From positions 1 to 61,597 of the forward strand of contig CAXBQP010000010.1 of NCBI GenBank assembly GCA_963978095.1: a stretch of 61,597 bases of DNA, given 5' to 3'. The position numbers and the translations under genes were made by a program. The notes beneath the pieces were generated by a model. It ran no database searches. It had not been told where the DNA came from and worked only from the letters and a program-made list of their open reading frames with translations. The stretch comes from an uncultured bacterium (lineage in GTDB: Bacteria > Gemmatimonadota > Gemmatimonadetes > Gemmatimonadales > Gemmatimonadaceae). Position 1 is the first letter of the stretch. Every line of letters starts with the position of its first letter. This document shows positions 38,027-48,086 of the stretch, piece after piece.

Positions 38027-38171
38027 GGGATCGCGAATCGGGTTGGAGTCGACCGCAACATCGTCGCGCCGCGCGTCCGGCGCCAGAGGGAGGACCCTCA
38101 CGGCGATTCCCGGCGTTGTTTTTTTCCGATATCTCAGCTTGAGACGACGACTCCGCGCGCGGCGCCGGCGC

Positions 38172-39605
38172 TCAGAACCCGACGATGGCCGGTGCGCCGA
38201 TCGCGACGCCAAGCGCGGCGCGCGTCGACAGGCGTTTGGCGTCCAGCGCGGCGAGCTTGACCTGTTCGTCGAGCAAGGCCCGCTCCCTGAGGTTCACCAC
38301 GAGAAGGGAGCTCTCGCCCGTGTCGAGTCGGCGTTGCTCGGCGTCCCGCAGCAGCCGCGCCTGCGTCACCGCGCGCGCCTGACGCTCGCGTTGCGCTTCG
38401 ATGGCACGGTATTGATTGGCCGCCTCACGGACGGCGAGCGCGACATCCCGCTGCGTCCGTTGCAGTTCGAGGCGATCCCGCTCGAGTTTCGCCGTGGCTG
38501 CGGCAAGTTTTGCGCGGTCCTTGATCAGGAGCGGGGACAGCTTCGCCGAGGCGCCGGCCTTCAGATCGGAGCCGGTAAAGCCGATCGCCGATGGATCACC
38601 GACTCCCAGCGCGGCGAGATCCACGCTGGCAAGCGGCAATACGGATTGGCGGGCCAACAGTCGCTGCGCCTCGGACTGCCGGAGTTTTGCCGTGAGTTTG
38701 GCGAGTTCCGGATGCGACCGTTCCGCCGCCGCGATCCACCGCTGCTCGGCGAGCGAATCGGCGACCAGAGAGGATACCGCGGGCTCCTCCGGCCTCACCT
38801 CCGCTCCCAGATCCTGCGGAGTGCCTGCCGCGCTCCAGAGATAACTGTTCACCACCAGACGCGCGCTGACCGCCGCCGCCTCGGCGTCGAGACGCGCCAC
38901 CGTGCGCCGATCGACCTCAAGTCCCGCCTCCACGGTGTCGATGGCGGCCGCATCGCCATTGCGCACCCGCGTTCGCACCGCGGACAGTCGGAACTCCGCC
39001 AGCCCCACACCGTCGCGTGCGATGGCCGCTTTGCGCTCGGCCTCGGACCAAGCCGCCCAATCCTTGGCGGCGCTGAGGAGCAGCTTGTTGAGCGCTGCGG
39101 CGCGTTCCCCATCGGCGCCGTCGCGTGCCGCGCGGGATTGTGCGAGCGCGGTGCGGCGCTCGTCGGTGAGCGTGCGTTGCCCGAGTGGGATGCTGACGCC
39201 TGCACTCCACAAGCCGTTCTTCGGCACCGTGGATTCCGGGTTGAGATTCGACCCGCCCGCCCGGTCGAACCCGAGCTTCACATCCATGCCAACACTCGTG
39301 GGCACGGTGAGCTTGAAGGCGTACTCGTCGTAGTAGCTCTTGCCGCCGAACGTTTTGTTGTCCCAGCCGACCGAGAGCACCGGCTCGAACGCGCCCAGCG
39401 CGCCGCGCAGGTCCGCGGCCGCGATCTCGGCGGTCAGCTGCGCTTGGCGAGCGATCGGATGTTGGGCGCGCACCTGGCGGTAGAAGGCGTCGAACCCGAG
39501 TGACTGCGCGCTGCTGGTACCCCATGGCACGCCGATGCCGACGAGCAACGCCGTGAGCATCCGCGTCGCGCGTCGTGCGCGCTCACACTGGAACGTGGGA
39601 CTCAT
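38172..39605 (-). CDS. TolC-family outer membrane efflux protein
   Basis: HPIARQA, GAFEP, two OEP repeats, GESSLLVVNLRE. Confidence 0.88.
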   Translation of the reverse strand: MSPTFQCERARRATRMLTALLVGIGVPWGTSSAQSLGFDAFYRQVRAQHPIARQAQLTAEIAAADLRGALGAFEPVLSVGWDNKTFGGKSYYDEYAFKLTVPTSVGMDVKLGFDRAGGSNLNPESTVPKNGLWSAGVSIPLGQRTLTDERRTALAQSRAARDGADGERAAALNKLLLSAAKDWAAWSEAERKAAIARDGVGLAEFRLSAVRTRVRNGDAAAIDTVEAGLEVDRRTVARLDAEAAAVSARLVVNSYLWSAAGTPQDLGAEVRPEEPAVSSLVADSLAEQRWIAAAERSHPELAKLTAKLRQSEAQRLLARQSVLPLASVDLAALGVGDPSAIGFTGSDLKAGASAKLSPLLIKDRAKLAAATAKLERDRLELQRTQRDVALAVREAANQYRAIEAQRERQARAVTQARLLRDAEQRRLDTGESSLLVVNLRERALLDEQVKLAALDAKRLSTRAALGVAIGAPAIVGF

Positions 39606-40894
39606 TTCTCCGACTTGCCCCCCGGAGCCGGAGGCGATTCGACGGTCGGTGGGAATCCATTCAGCTTGCGCCAGATCTCATACCAGACGCGCACGCGCTG
39701 CAGCATCGCCCAGCCATACACGCCGGAGCCTGCGCGGAGTTGCACGGGCCAGGGATCGTCCGCCGGATCCGGGACCACGAGCACGCGATACTTCCCTGGC
39801 TTGCTGTCGACGACGTCCACCACGCGAATGACGCCGGCGAAGGTGCCAACGGATGCGCTGGGCCAGCCCGAGAACTGCAGCGCCGGCCATCCGTCGAACT
39901 GCAGACGGACGCGATCGCCCTCGCGCAGGAGCGGGACGTCCATCGCCTTGGCGTAGAGGGCGACCGCGAGCGCCGGGTTCGCCGGCTGGATGGTGACGAC
40001 CGCATCGCCATCCTTCAGCATCTCGCCGATCCCGGCCTTGAGCGCCTTGACGACGATCCCGTCCTGGGGAGCGCGCACCACATAGAGTCCGGTCCTCGCC
40101 TCCAGACTCACCGTCGCACTGCGGAGCTTCGCCACCTCGGCGGTGGATTCCCCGATGTCCGCCAGCGTGTTGCTGCGCTCCGCTTCCGACTTGGAAATCT
40201 TGTCGCCGTACTCGGCCGCGAGCGACCGCAGTTCGAGTCGTGCATTCTGGAGTTCGTTGCGCTTCTCGACCGCGGTCGCGTACGCCTTCAGCGCCTTGGT
40301 GCGTGCGCCCTCGAGCTCGGTGAGCGACTTGAGGCCCTCGGCGTACAGCGCCTCCTGGCGCGCGAGTTGTGCGGCGGCGACCGTGGAGTCGAGCACGGCC
40401 GACTGCACCGCCGATTCATACCACGCGACCTTGTTGCGTCCCTTGTCGAGCGAGGTGGTGAGCCCGTCACGCAACGCGGCGAGTTGTCGCGCGAGGGCTG
40501 CGACCTTCTCCCTCTTGGCGCCGACAGCGGATTCCTTGGCCGCGAGCGCCTCCCGTTGGCGATCGAGCGCGCGGGGATCCAGGTACAGATCCTTCACGTC
40601 GGCGAGATGCACGATGGGATCGCCCGCTTTGACGGACTGTCCCTCGCGCACATCCCACGACACGATCCGACCGCCGACGACGACGTTCACCGCTTGGGGG
40701 CGGTCGCTCGGGTTGAGGGCCGTCACCTCTCCGGTGGCCTGCACCGTCTGCTGCCAGGGGAGGAACAGTGACACGAACGCCACCGCCGCCACTACCGCCG
40801 CCCACCGGAAGAAGGTCCGATGATAGGGCGGCGTCGAGAGCAGTCGCAGCGATTCGAGCGCGGGCACGTGGCCCTCGGTGCCATGCGGAATCAT
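39602..40894 (-). CDS. HlyD-family membrane fusion protein
   Basis: TM then LPWQQTVQATG, VREGQSVKAGD, coiled coil, VRAPQDG, VRLQFDGWPALQFSGWP. Confidence 0.9.
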   Translation of the reverse strand: MIPHGTEGHVPALESLRLLSTPPYHRTFFRWAAVVAAVAFVSLFLPWQQTVQATGEVTALNPSDRPQAVNVVVGGRIVSWDVREGQSVKAGDPIVHLADVKDLYLDPRALDRQREALAAKESAVGAKREKVAALARQLAALRDGLTTSLDKGRNKVAWYESAVQSAVLDSTVAAAQLARQEALYAEGLKSLTELEGARTKALKAYATAVEKRNELQNARLELRSLAAEYGDKISKSEAERSNTLADIGESTAEVAKLRSATVSLEARTGLYVVRAPQDGIVVKALKAGIGEMLKDGDAVVTIQPANPALAVALYAKAMDVPLLREGDRVRLQFDGWPALQFSGWPSASVGTFAGVIRVVDVVDSKPGKYRVLVVPDPADDPWPVQLRAGSGVYGWAMLQRVRVWYEIWRKLNGFPPTVESPPAPGGKSEK

Positions 40895-43038
40895 CGGGTG
40901 GCCTCCTGGCGCGCGAACAACGGCGACACCTCCGGCCAAGGCCCGGCGGCGGCGATCCTGCCCTCGTGCAGCACGACCACGCGATCGCACACGTCGAGGA
41001 ACTCCTCGTCGTGCGAGACGGCAACCAGCGTCCAGGGCACGCCAGGGCCCGTGAGTAGCGCCGTGATCTCACGCCGATCCGGTGGGGCGAGCGTCGAGAA
41101 TACCTCATCCAGCACGAGGAGGCGCGGCCCGCCGACGATGGCGCGGGCAAGCACGAGTCGGAGCGCCATGGTGGCAGGAAGCGTGCGACCACCGGCGGTG
41201 ATCTCCGTCCGGAGCCCGCTTGACAGCGACTGGACATAGTCGTGCGCCCCCACGCGGCGCAGGGCATCGATGACCTGAGCCGTCCCGACCCCGGCGCGCC
41301 CCATCGACACGTTCTCCTCGATGCTTCCATCGAACAGCGACTCGCCCGGCCCTACCTGTCCGATCATCGCGCGCAGCGCGGTCCCATCGAGATCGGCACG
41401 GGTAATCCCGTCGTAGGTGATCGTCCCGGTGTAGCCGCCGAAGACGCCTGCGAGCACCCGCGCGAACGTGGACTCGCCCGATCCGAAGACGCCGACCACG
41501 CCGATCCGTTCCCCGGCAGCGATCCGGAGATCCACCTGATGCAGGGTGGGCGCCGATGCGTGGGGATACGTGAAGCTGACATTGCGCATGGTGACGGCGA
41601 GACCGCGGCCGCTCTCGGCAAGCGCGAGACCGCCCCCCGACTCGAGTTCGAGATCGCGCAGGTGCGCTAGCTTCTCGACCGCCGTGAGCAGGTCGTACAC
41701 GTCGGCGAGACTCGCAATCAGTTTCTCAATCCCGGCGATGACGGTGACGACCACGATCTCGCTCGCCACGAACTGGCCGAGCGTGATCTGGCGGTCGATC
41801 ACGAGGAGACTGCCCAGGATGAGGAGTCCGCCCGTGACGACCGTCTTGAAGAGGATCATCGCGATCTTCTGCTGGACCAGCACGCCGAAGTGGGCCCGGC
41901 GGTACGTGAGATAGCCGGATACATGCTCGTCCATGCGCGACAGCGGGAGGGTGGAGCGTCCGGCATACTTGAAGCTCACCGCCGCACGCGCCACTTCCTC
42001 GAGCCAGCGCACCGCACGGTACTTGTATGATGATTCCTTGAGACTCGTGGCGAGCCCCTTCGGACCGGTGAGCCGGAAGATCAGCGCCAAGAGGAGCACC
42101 AGCACCGCACCGAAGAAGGCGAAGTACGGATGGTAGACCGTCAGCAGCAACAGGCCGAACAGCACCTGCAGCAATGCCGTCGACCCGTCTACCAGCAACT
42201 TCGCCCCGCTCTTCTGGATCGTGAGGACCTCGAAGAAGCGGTTCATCTGCTCGGTGAGATCCTCGCCGGTCCGCTTGTCGATGGCGAGCCGCGGCAGCCG
42301 TGCGACGAGCTCGAGCGCGAAGCGCGCGAACACCCGCTGCTGGATGGTCTCCACCACCGACAACTGCATCACGGACAGCACGCCGTAGGCGAGTGTGCCC
42401 ACGACGACGAACGCCACGAGCAGGATCACCGGTTGCAGGATCAACCCGCCGCTCACGAGTCCGATCGTCGCCTGCACGCCGAGCGGCAGGGTGAGGGAGA
42501 AGAGGCCGACGAGCGTCGCGTAGAGGTACACCAACGCGATATTCCCCTTCTCCTCGGCGATCAGGGCGAGCAAGCGCGCCCCGGCGCCGGGGTGCGCGTC
42601 GACCTGATACCCTTGCTCGATGAGGCGTGCCGGTACGAGCACGCGGAGCCCCGGGTCCCGTGCTGCACGAAGGAGTTCTTCCGCGGTGCGTACGGCCTCG
42701 TGCGGAGCGCCCCCCGCATCGATCGTGGCGATGTCCCACGTTCGCTGGCGTCGACGGAGCAAGACGGTGACGGACTCGTGCGGCGGGCCGTCGGAGGCGC
42801 GCACAAGCACCAGCGGACCCGCGTCGCGCCCAAGCAGCGCCGAGAGCTCAGCGCGCGGGACTTCGCGGGCGACATACGTGATCCCGGCCCGCGTGCCCGC
42901 TTCAAGAATCGACTGCTCGAGCCCCTCCGCACTCCGCTCCTCGAGGCCGAGGCGCGAGAGGTCGGTGATGGCGGATTGCGCGAGCCGGGGGAGCCCGAGT
43001 CGCGACGCGACCAGGGCCGTGATCTCTGGTGACAACAT
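40891..43038 (-). CDS. HlyB-like ABC exporter with degenerate nucleotide-binding motifs
   Basis: ABC TMD (ITLGQFVASE); NBD with Walker A GVFGSGES, signature LPATM, Walker B LLVLDE, H-loop VSHD. Confidence 0.85.
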   Translation of the reverse strand: MLSPEITALVASRLGLPRLAQSAITDLSRLGLEERSAEGLEQSILEAGTRAGITYVAREVPRAELSALLGRDAGPLVLVRASDGPPHESVTVLLRRRQRTWDIATIDAGGAPHEAVRTAEELLRAARDPGLRVLVPARLIEQGYQVDAHPGAGARLLALIAEEKGNIALVYLYATLVGLFSLTLPLGVQATIGLVSGGLILQPVILLVAFVVVGTLAYGVLSVMQLSVVETIQQRVFARFALELVARLPRLAIDKRTGEDLTEQMNRFFEVLTIQKSGAKLLVDGSTALLQVLFGLLLLTVYHPYFAFFGAVLVLLLALIFRLTGPKGLATSLKESSYKYRAVRWLEEVARAAVSFKYAGRSTLPLSRMDEHVSGYLTYRRAHFGVLVQQKIAMILFKTVVTGGLLILGSLLVIDRQITLGQFVASEIVVVTVIAGIEKLIASLADVYDLLTAVEKLAHLRDLELESGGGLALAESGRGLAVTMRNVSFTYPHASAPTLHQVDLRIAAGERIGVVGVFGSGESTFARVLAGVFGGYTGTITYDGITRADLDGTALRAMIGQVGPGESLFDGSIEENVSMGRAGVGTAQVIDALRRVGAHDYVQSLSSGLRTEITAGGRTLPATMALRLVLARAIVGGPRLLVLDEVFSTLAPPDRREITALLTGPGVPWTLVAVSHDEEFLDVCDRVVVLHEGRIAAAGPWPEVSPLFARQEATR

Positions 43039-43151
43039 CGTCAGACGTCAGTGGGGGGCGTCCCTCGTCACGCATTTCGCGCTTCGACCGGGACGGTCCG
43101 CCTCCGCGGCGGCATCAGAGATAACCCCGAAGGCGGGGCTGGGGTTCCCGA

Positions 43152-43197
43152 AAAACGTGACGGGGCCAGCGGGAGGACGGCCCCGCGGCCCCGCCAC
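43152..43197 (-). terminator. Probable intrinsic terminator after the gene ending at 43215
   Basis: Imperfect GTGACGGGGCC...GGCCCCGCCAC stem followed by TTTTT on the minus strand. Confidence 0.5.
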
Positions 43198-43214
43198 CTG
43201 TACCGCGGTTTCCC

Positions 43215-44006
43215 CTACGGCTTCTTGATGATCGCCTTGACCGAATCCGGGAGCTCGAACGCCGAAGGCTCAACCTTGTCGAACTCCACGTTCGTGACTT
43301 CGAGCACGACATCGGCCGGGCCGAGCTTGCGCACGATCCTCGTGGGAATCTTGAGGCCGCCGAACTCCTTGTACTCCCCGATGACCGCCGTCTGGTCGAT
43401 CGCCTGCCCCTGCATGGTCACGCGTGAGCTCTGTCCGATCCGCAGTCCCGTCTCGGCGTCAAAATAGTTGCGGCTTTCGCTGTCGTTGAGGCGGATGATC
43501 TTCACCTCGTAGGCCTTTTTGCCATCGAAATCGGTCAGCGCCACCGTCTCGGCGCTCTTGACCTTGCTCGGATCGTAGAAATCGGCGAAGAAATCGGCAT
43601 TGTTCCGGACCTCGGTCGCGGCGTCCCCCTCAAGCAACTGGGCGCCCGCCTGCGAGGAGGTGCCCCACGCCACGCTGCCATTGAAGCCCGTACTGATGTC
43701 GCCGAGCATGCCGAGCGACTGCTTCTGCACGAACAGCGCGGGCTTGGCGCGCCAGATTTCGAGCGCACCGCTGATGTTGGCGACCGCGATCGTGATGGTC
43801 CCGGTCTGATGAATCGAGCTGTGCTTGTCCATCGCGGCGCGTCCACCCATGGCTTGATCGGCCTTGGCGATCAGCGTCTTGGCATCGGGGAGGGCGGGCG
43901 TGGCCGGCGTGCCCTGTGCGCGGGCGGGTGACGCCGTCGCGACGGCGAGCGCTGCGGCCAAAGCAAGGGAACGAATGGAGCGGCGGGTGCCACGGGTAGG
44001 AGTCAT
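43215..44006 (-). CDS. Secreted beta-rich protein (LolA-like / lipoprotein-sorting fold, DUF620-like)
   Basis: Signal peptide ARA-Q, AMGGRAA, GFNGSVAW, YFDAETGL, YKEFGGLKIP, FELP. Confidence 0.7.
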   Translation of the reverse strand: MTPTRGTRRSIRSLALAAALAVATASPARAQGTPATPALPDAKTLIAKADQAMGGRAAMDKHSSIHQTGTITIAVANISGALEIWRAKPALFVQKQSLGMLGDISTGFNGSVAWGTSSQAGAQLLEGDAATEVRNNADFFADFYDPSKVKSAETVALTDFDGKKAYEVKIIRLNDSESRNYFDAETGLRIGQSSRVTMQGQAIDQTAVIGEYKEFGGLKIPTRIVRKLGPADVVLEVTNVEFDKVEPSAFELPDSVKAIIKKP

Positions 44007-44038
44007 GCCTGGACCTTTCGGTGAGAGAACGTCAGCCA

Positions 44039-44548
44039 TCACGGTTGTACGGGCAAGCCGGCACTGAGCGCGAGTACGACGCGTTCCTGCTGGCGCTCGC
44101 TGCCCCCGATGAGCACGGCCGCGAGGTTGTTCTGGACCATCCACTGGTGCAACACCGGTGGTTGTCCCTGGACGGACGCAGGAGCCAGCGCGGTGGTGTC
44201 GACCCGCGCGGTCGCGGTCCGACGCGCGACGGAGTCGGGAAAGATATACACCGTCAGGCGCGAGGCGCCGACTTGATAGACGATTCCGGGCACGCCGAAG
44301 CTCGGTGCCCCCGTCTCGCCGGGAAGCGCCTGCGGGGCCAGTCCGGCGCGTACGAGTCGCTCCACCAGATGCGGTTCATCCCACAGACCGGTCGTCACGG
44401 GGACAGCGGCTGCCGAGGCGGCCTGCGCGGCGGACGCCTCGATCGCCGAGCGTGCGGCGGCGACCGCCTTGGCCTTTTCGGCCGCGGGGTCGGCGCAACC
44501 GGCGAGTCCCACGCTGCAGGCGAGTACGCTGGAGGAGAGCAGACGCAT
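44039..44548 (-). CDS. Hypothetical lipoprotein
   Basis: Lipobox LAGC; TAGATT box 6 nt before the ATG. Confidence 0.7.
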   Translation of the reverse strand: MRLLSSSVLACSVGLAGCADPAAEKAKAVAAARSAIEASAAQAASAAAVPVTTGLWDEPHLVERLVRAGLAPQALPGETGAPSFGVPGIVYQVGASRLTVYIFPDSVARRTATARVDTTALAPASVQGQPPVLHQWMVQNNLAAVLIGGSERQQERVVLALSAGLPVQP

Positions 44549-44624
44549 GCGTGGAATCTATCGGAGCGGCGGGTGTGGTGAGACCGCGCCTGCCCTGCGG
44601 AGGGTCGGGCAGTATCTTTTGGAT

Positions 44625-45029
44625 ATGACACGGGAATCCGGACGCGAACCGCTCCGCGCGGTCCGCCTCGACAAGTGGCTCTGGGCCGCGCGGTTCTTCA
44701 AGACGCGTTCGATTGCCGTCGACGCGATCGCCGGCGGCAAGATCACCGTGAACGGCGACCGACCGAAACCAGCGCGTGAGGTGAAGGTCGGCGACGAACT
44801 CCGGCTGCGCCTCGGGCCGTATGAACACACGGTGATCGTCCGGGCCGTGAGCGACGCCCGCGGGCCCGCGGCCCAGGCCGCCCTCCTCTACGAGGAGACC
44901 GCCGCGTCCAGGACCGCCCGCGAACAGCACGCCTGGACTCTGAAACATGCCGCCCCGGTCATGGACTCCGGCGAAGGGCGGCCCACCAAGAAGGATCGTC
45001 GCACCTTCGAGCGGTCACGCGGCTGGTAG
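44625..45029 (+). CDS. hslR: Ribosome-associated heat shock protein Hsp15 (S4 domain)
   Basis: VRLDKWLWAARFFKTRS, RGPAAQAALLYEET, GRPTKKDRR. Confidence 0.93.
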   Translation: MTRESGREPLRAVRLDKWLWAARFFKTRSIAVDAIAGGKITVNGDRPKPAREVKVGDELRLRLGPYEHTVIVRAVSDARGPAAQAALLYEETAASRTAREQHAWTLKHAAPVMDSGEGRPTKKDRRTFERSRGW

Positions 45030-45047
45030 CCTCGCGCGGCACGCCGC

Positions 45048-46586
45048 TCAGCCCTTCACGAGCGGCAACCAGAGCCGTACGGCCGCGCCGGTGGGCCGGT
45101 CCCGGTCCACGGTCAGATCGCCGCCAATCGATCGGGCGTGTGCCCGGACCCACGCGAGCCCGAGGCCGCCGCGCGCGCCGACGACTTCCTCGGCGCGTGG
45201 CGCTGCGAGCGTCGACAGCTCGTCGGCGGAGAATGGTGCCCCCGCATCGATGACAGCCAAACACGCGTAACTGCCGACTGCCACGCGCGGCCTCGAAAAT
45301 TCCTCCGTCGCCGACACGGTGACCACCTCTTGCCGCGACAGCTGCACATTGACCGTACCGCGAGGCGGCGTGCCGTCCCGCGCCTGTTCGCAGAGCTCCA
45401 CCACCATGCGCTCCAGCGCCTCCTCATCCGCGCGCACGAGCAGTCCCACGTCACTCGGCACGAGCGTCAGCAGCCGCTCGACGAACAGCGTGTCGAAGAT
45501 CGGCCGCATGCGCTCCACAAACTGGCCCAGCTCCACCAAGCTCGGCGCGGCCGGATCGGTGCGTGCGAACTCCAACAGCCGGCTCAGCTTGCGGGCCAAT
45601 CGATCGCTCGTTTCGGCGAGTGCCGCGTATTGCTCACGCCCGCGCTCGGTGCGGCGCAGCTCCGTGGCGACGAAGGTCGTGGCCTGCAACACATTCTTGA
45701 GATCATGCGCCACGGTGACGGCGAACTGTCCGGCATCGGCATCCGCCCGCCGGCCCGCCGCAATCCGCTCCACCAGGGTGATCCGCGAATGCTCCTCCGC
45801 CAGGTCATCATACGACAATCGCAGGCAGATCCCGACCACCGCACCCACCACCGCTCCGTTCACGGCCAGCACCGTGAACAGCAGCGCCATTTGGGAGTAG
45901 ATATTTTCCACGGCGAGCCGCGGCGCGCCAGGACCGTCGAACGTGTCCCACTGCCGTTCGGAGAGGGAGCGCATCGCCGCCGTGCTGACGAGCAGCACCA
46001 CCAATATCCACATGAGTCTGCGGCGCGGATGATTCGCGGGGACCGCGTACCACACCATCCCCGCGGCGACCAACTGCGCGAGTACCTTGAGCGCGAGCAT
46101 CATGCTGGCCACGGACATCGGCGACGCCGCCACCCAGGGCCCACCGAACGTGTACGGCAGGGTCGCGAGCAGTACGAGGCCGGCAACCAAAAGAATGCGG
46201 GGGCGCCATGTCCGGAACCGGTTCAGCGTCATCGCTTCCACGACGCCAACCATCGCGATCAGCCCCATGGTCCAGCAGAGCCACGACAGCAGGAGCGACG
46301 GCAGCTGCATCCACGAGAAACGCGGCGATATCACCGCGAGCTCGGCGCCGACGATCGTGAAGGCACCCAACGATTGCCACAACACGGCATCGAGAATCGC
46401 ACGCACGGTCGGCTGTTCGTACAACCGTTCGATCGCACGCAGCATGGCCCAGCCGCCGAGGTTCAGCACAAGGACGGAACCGCGCACGACGGTTTGAAAG
46501 ATTGCCGGATCCAACCCGCGCGACGCCTCCGCCGCGCCCGGCAGGAAAAGATCCGCGACCTCCGACAGCCACGCGAAGTCCATCAT
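45048..46586 (-). CDS. 7TM sensor kinase D: phospho-His retained, ATP-binding domain degenerate
   Basis: H-box VAHDLKN; N-box ELCEQARDG (no Asn), G1 DAGAP, no F-box, G2 GGLGL. Confidence 0.8.
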   Translation of the reverse strand: MMDFAWLSEVADLFLPGAAEASRGLDPAIFQTVVRGSVLVLNLGGWAMLRAIERLYEQPTVRAILDAVLWQSLGAFTIVGAELAVISPRFSWMQLPSLLLSWLCWTMGLIAMVGVVEAMTLNRFRTWRPRILLVAGLVLLATLPYTFGGPWVAASPMSVASMMLALKVLAQLVAAGMVWYAVPANHPRRRLMWILVVLLVSTAAMRSLSERQWDTFDGPGAPRLAVENIYSQMALLFTVLAVNGAVVGAVVGICLRLSYDDLAEEHSRITLVERIAAGRRADADAGQFAVTVAHDLKNVLQATTFVATELRRTERGREQYAALAETSDRLARKLSRLLEFARTDPAAPSLVELGQFVERMRPIFDTLFVERLLTLVPSDVGLLVRADEEALERMVVELCEQARDGTPPRGTVNVQLSRQEVVTVSATEEFSRPRVAVGSYACLAVIDAGAPFSADELSTLAAPRAEEVVGARGGLGLAWVRAHARSIGGDLTVDRDRPTGAAVRLWLPLVKG

Positions 46587-48043
46587 GCGAATGCTCCCGA
46601 CACCGACGGAATCCGCGATCCCGCATCCTGCGCCGGAATCCACATGCTGAAGGTCGCCCCCTCACCCGGGATCGAGGCGCACGCCACGTCACCGCCGATC
46701 GACCGCAGAAAGGTGCGGATGGAGGTCAAACCGAGCCCGGTGCCCTTGGTGCCTTTGGTGGTGAAGTATGGTTCGAAGAGGCGACCGACCAGTTCCGGCG
46801 AGATCCCCGCCCCGGCATCGGAGACCTGCACGAGCACACCGCGTCCCGAATTGATCTCTCGGGCGAACAGATCGGTCGGAGGCGCCGCATGCGCGACGGC
46901 GCGAATCCGGATGGTCGCGCCCGGCGGGGATGCGTCGCGCGCGTTCAGCACCAAGTTCGTGACGGCCCGCTCGAGATCAGCGGGTGAACAGGCCGCAACC
47001 AGGACCGGGGAACCGATCGTCAGCAACACCGAATGCTGTGGTGACAGCCGCTTGAGCACGGGCAGGGCGGTCCGAAGTACCGTCGCGATGTCAATCACCG
47101 GAATGCTCGACTGCGCCTGTGGGCGAACATCGGTCAATCGTTGGAGCAACGACGCGCCTTGCTCCGCCGCCAGCTCGAGCACCTCCGCCTCGTGCTGCAG
47201 CGCCGGATCGCGCCGCGCGAGCGCCGCGGAGGTGCTGACGTCGACGACGACCGCACTGATGTCGGAGGCGAGCCCGCGCGAGAGGGAGGCCAGCGCCTCC
47301 CCGCGCTGGCGCCGCGCTGCGCCGAACTCCCGTTGCATCTCGGCGTCGAACTGCAGCGTGATCTCATGTCGCTCATTGATCAACAGCGCCCAGAAATCGA
47401 GCGCCATCAGTACCACGGAGAACGCGAGCGTGCCCAAGAGTACGAAGATCTGGCGTCCGGCGGACACGCGGAATGTCGGGGACCCGGCATCCGTCAACAC
47501 GATCAGGAGCAGGGGACGCGCGGCCTGCACCACGAGCGTCACGTTCAGCAGGAACATCACACGTCGTGCACGATCCGGGAGCCCGCGGACGGCGAGCGAC
47601 ACGGTCACCAACACCAGCATCGCGAGCGCCGCGATCAGCTTGAGCAGCGACAGCAGATTCCCCGCGTACAACTGTGGGAGTCCGACCCCGAGCCCAACTC
47701 CCCCGGCGACCGCAAGCCAGAGCAGGCGTGTGTGCCCATCCGTCCTATCGACCCCGCGCACCGCCCGAAGCACCTCGCGCCAGGCGACCATGATCGCCGC
47801 GAGGGAGGCGACCGCGACGGAAAAGGCCGGACCAGCCCACGCGTCACGCCCCGTGCCGAGCGCGAAGTCGAGCACGAACTGCGCCGCCGACGCGACCGAG
47901 CCCACCCACCACACCGTCGACAGCGCACGCGCGAGTGGGCGCTTGGAGAAGCGGAAGAACAACTCGAGGCCCGCCGCACCGACCAGGAATTGGATGACGA
48001 CCAGGAGGTGCACGAGCAGGCGAACCGCGAACGTCTCCGGCAT
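46583..48043 (-). CDS. 7TM sensor kinase C: His replaced by Ser, ATP-binding domain intact
   Basis: H-box GLASDIS; NLVLNARDA, DAGAG, FEPYFTTK, GTGLGL. Confidence 0.82.
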   Translation of the reverse strand: MPETFAVRLLVHLLVVIQFLVGAAGLELFFRFSKRPLARALSTVWWVGSVASAAQFVLDFALGTGRDAWAGPAFSVAVASLAAIMVAWREVLRAVRGVDRTDGHTRLLWLAVAGGVGLGVGLPQLYAGNLLSLLKLIAALAMLVLVTVSLAVRGLPDRARRVMFLLNVTLVVQAARPLLLIVLTDAGSPTFRVSAGRQIFVLLGTLAFSVVLMALDFWALLINERHEITLQFDAEMQREFGAARRQRGEALASLSRGLASDISAVVVDVSTSAALARRDPALQHEAEVLELAAEQGASLLQRLTDVRPQAQSSIPVIDIATVLRTALPVLKRLSPQHSVLLTIGSPVLVAACSPADLERAVTNLVLNARDASPPGATIRIRAVAHAAPPTDLFAREINSGRGVLVQVSDAGAGISPELVGRLFEPYFTTKGTKGTGLGLTSIRTFLRSIGGDVACASIPGEGATFSMWIPAQDAGSRIPSVSGAFA

Positions 48044-48086
48044 CAGCCTGCGCCCCCCACACGAACAGAGCCCCCGATGACCACCC

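Noticed and set aside
45138..48080. Very long plus-strand ORF (980 aa); also 15521-18073, 10597-12738 and 37647-39503
   Set aside because: Antisense shadows of well-supported genes in high-GC DNA; Arg/Ser/Ala-rich with no motifs.
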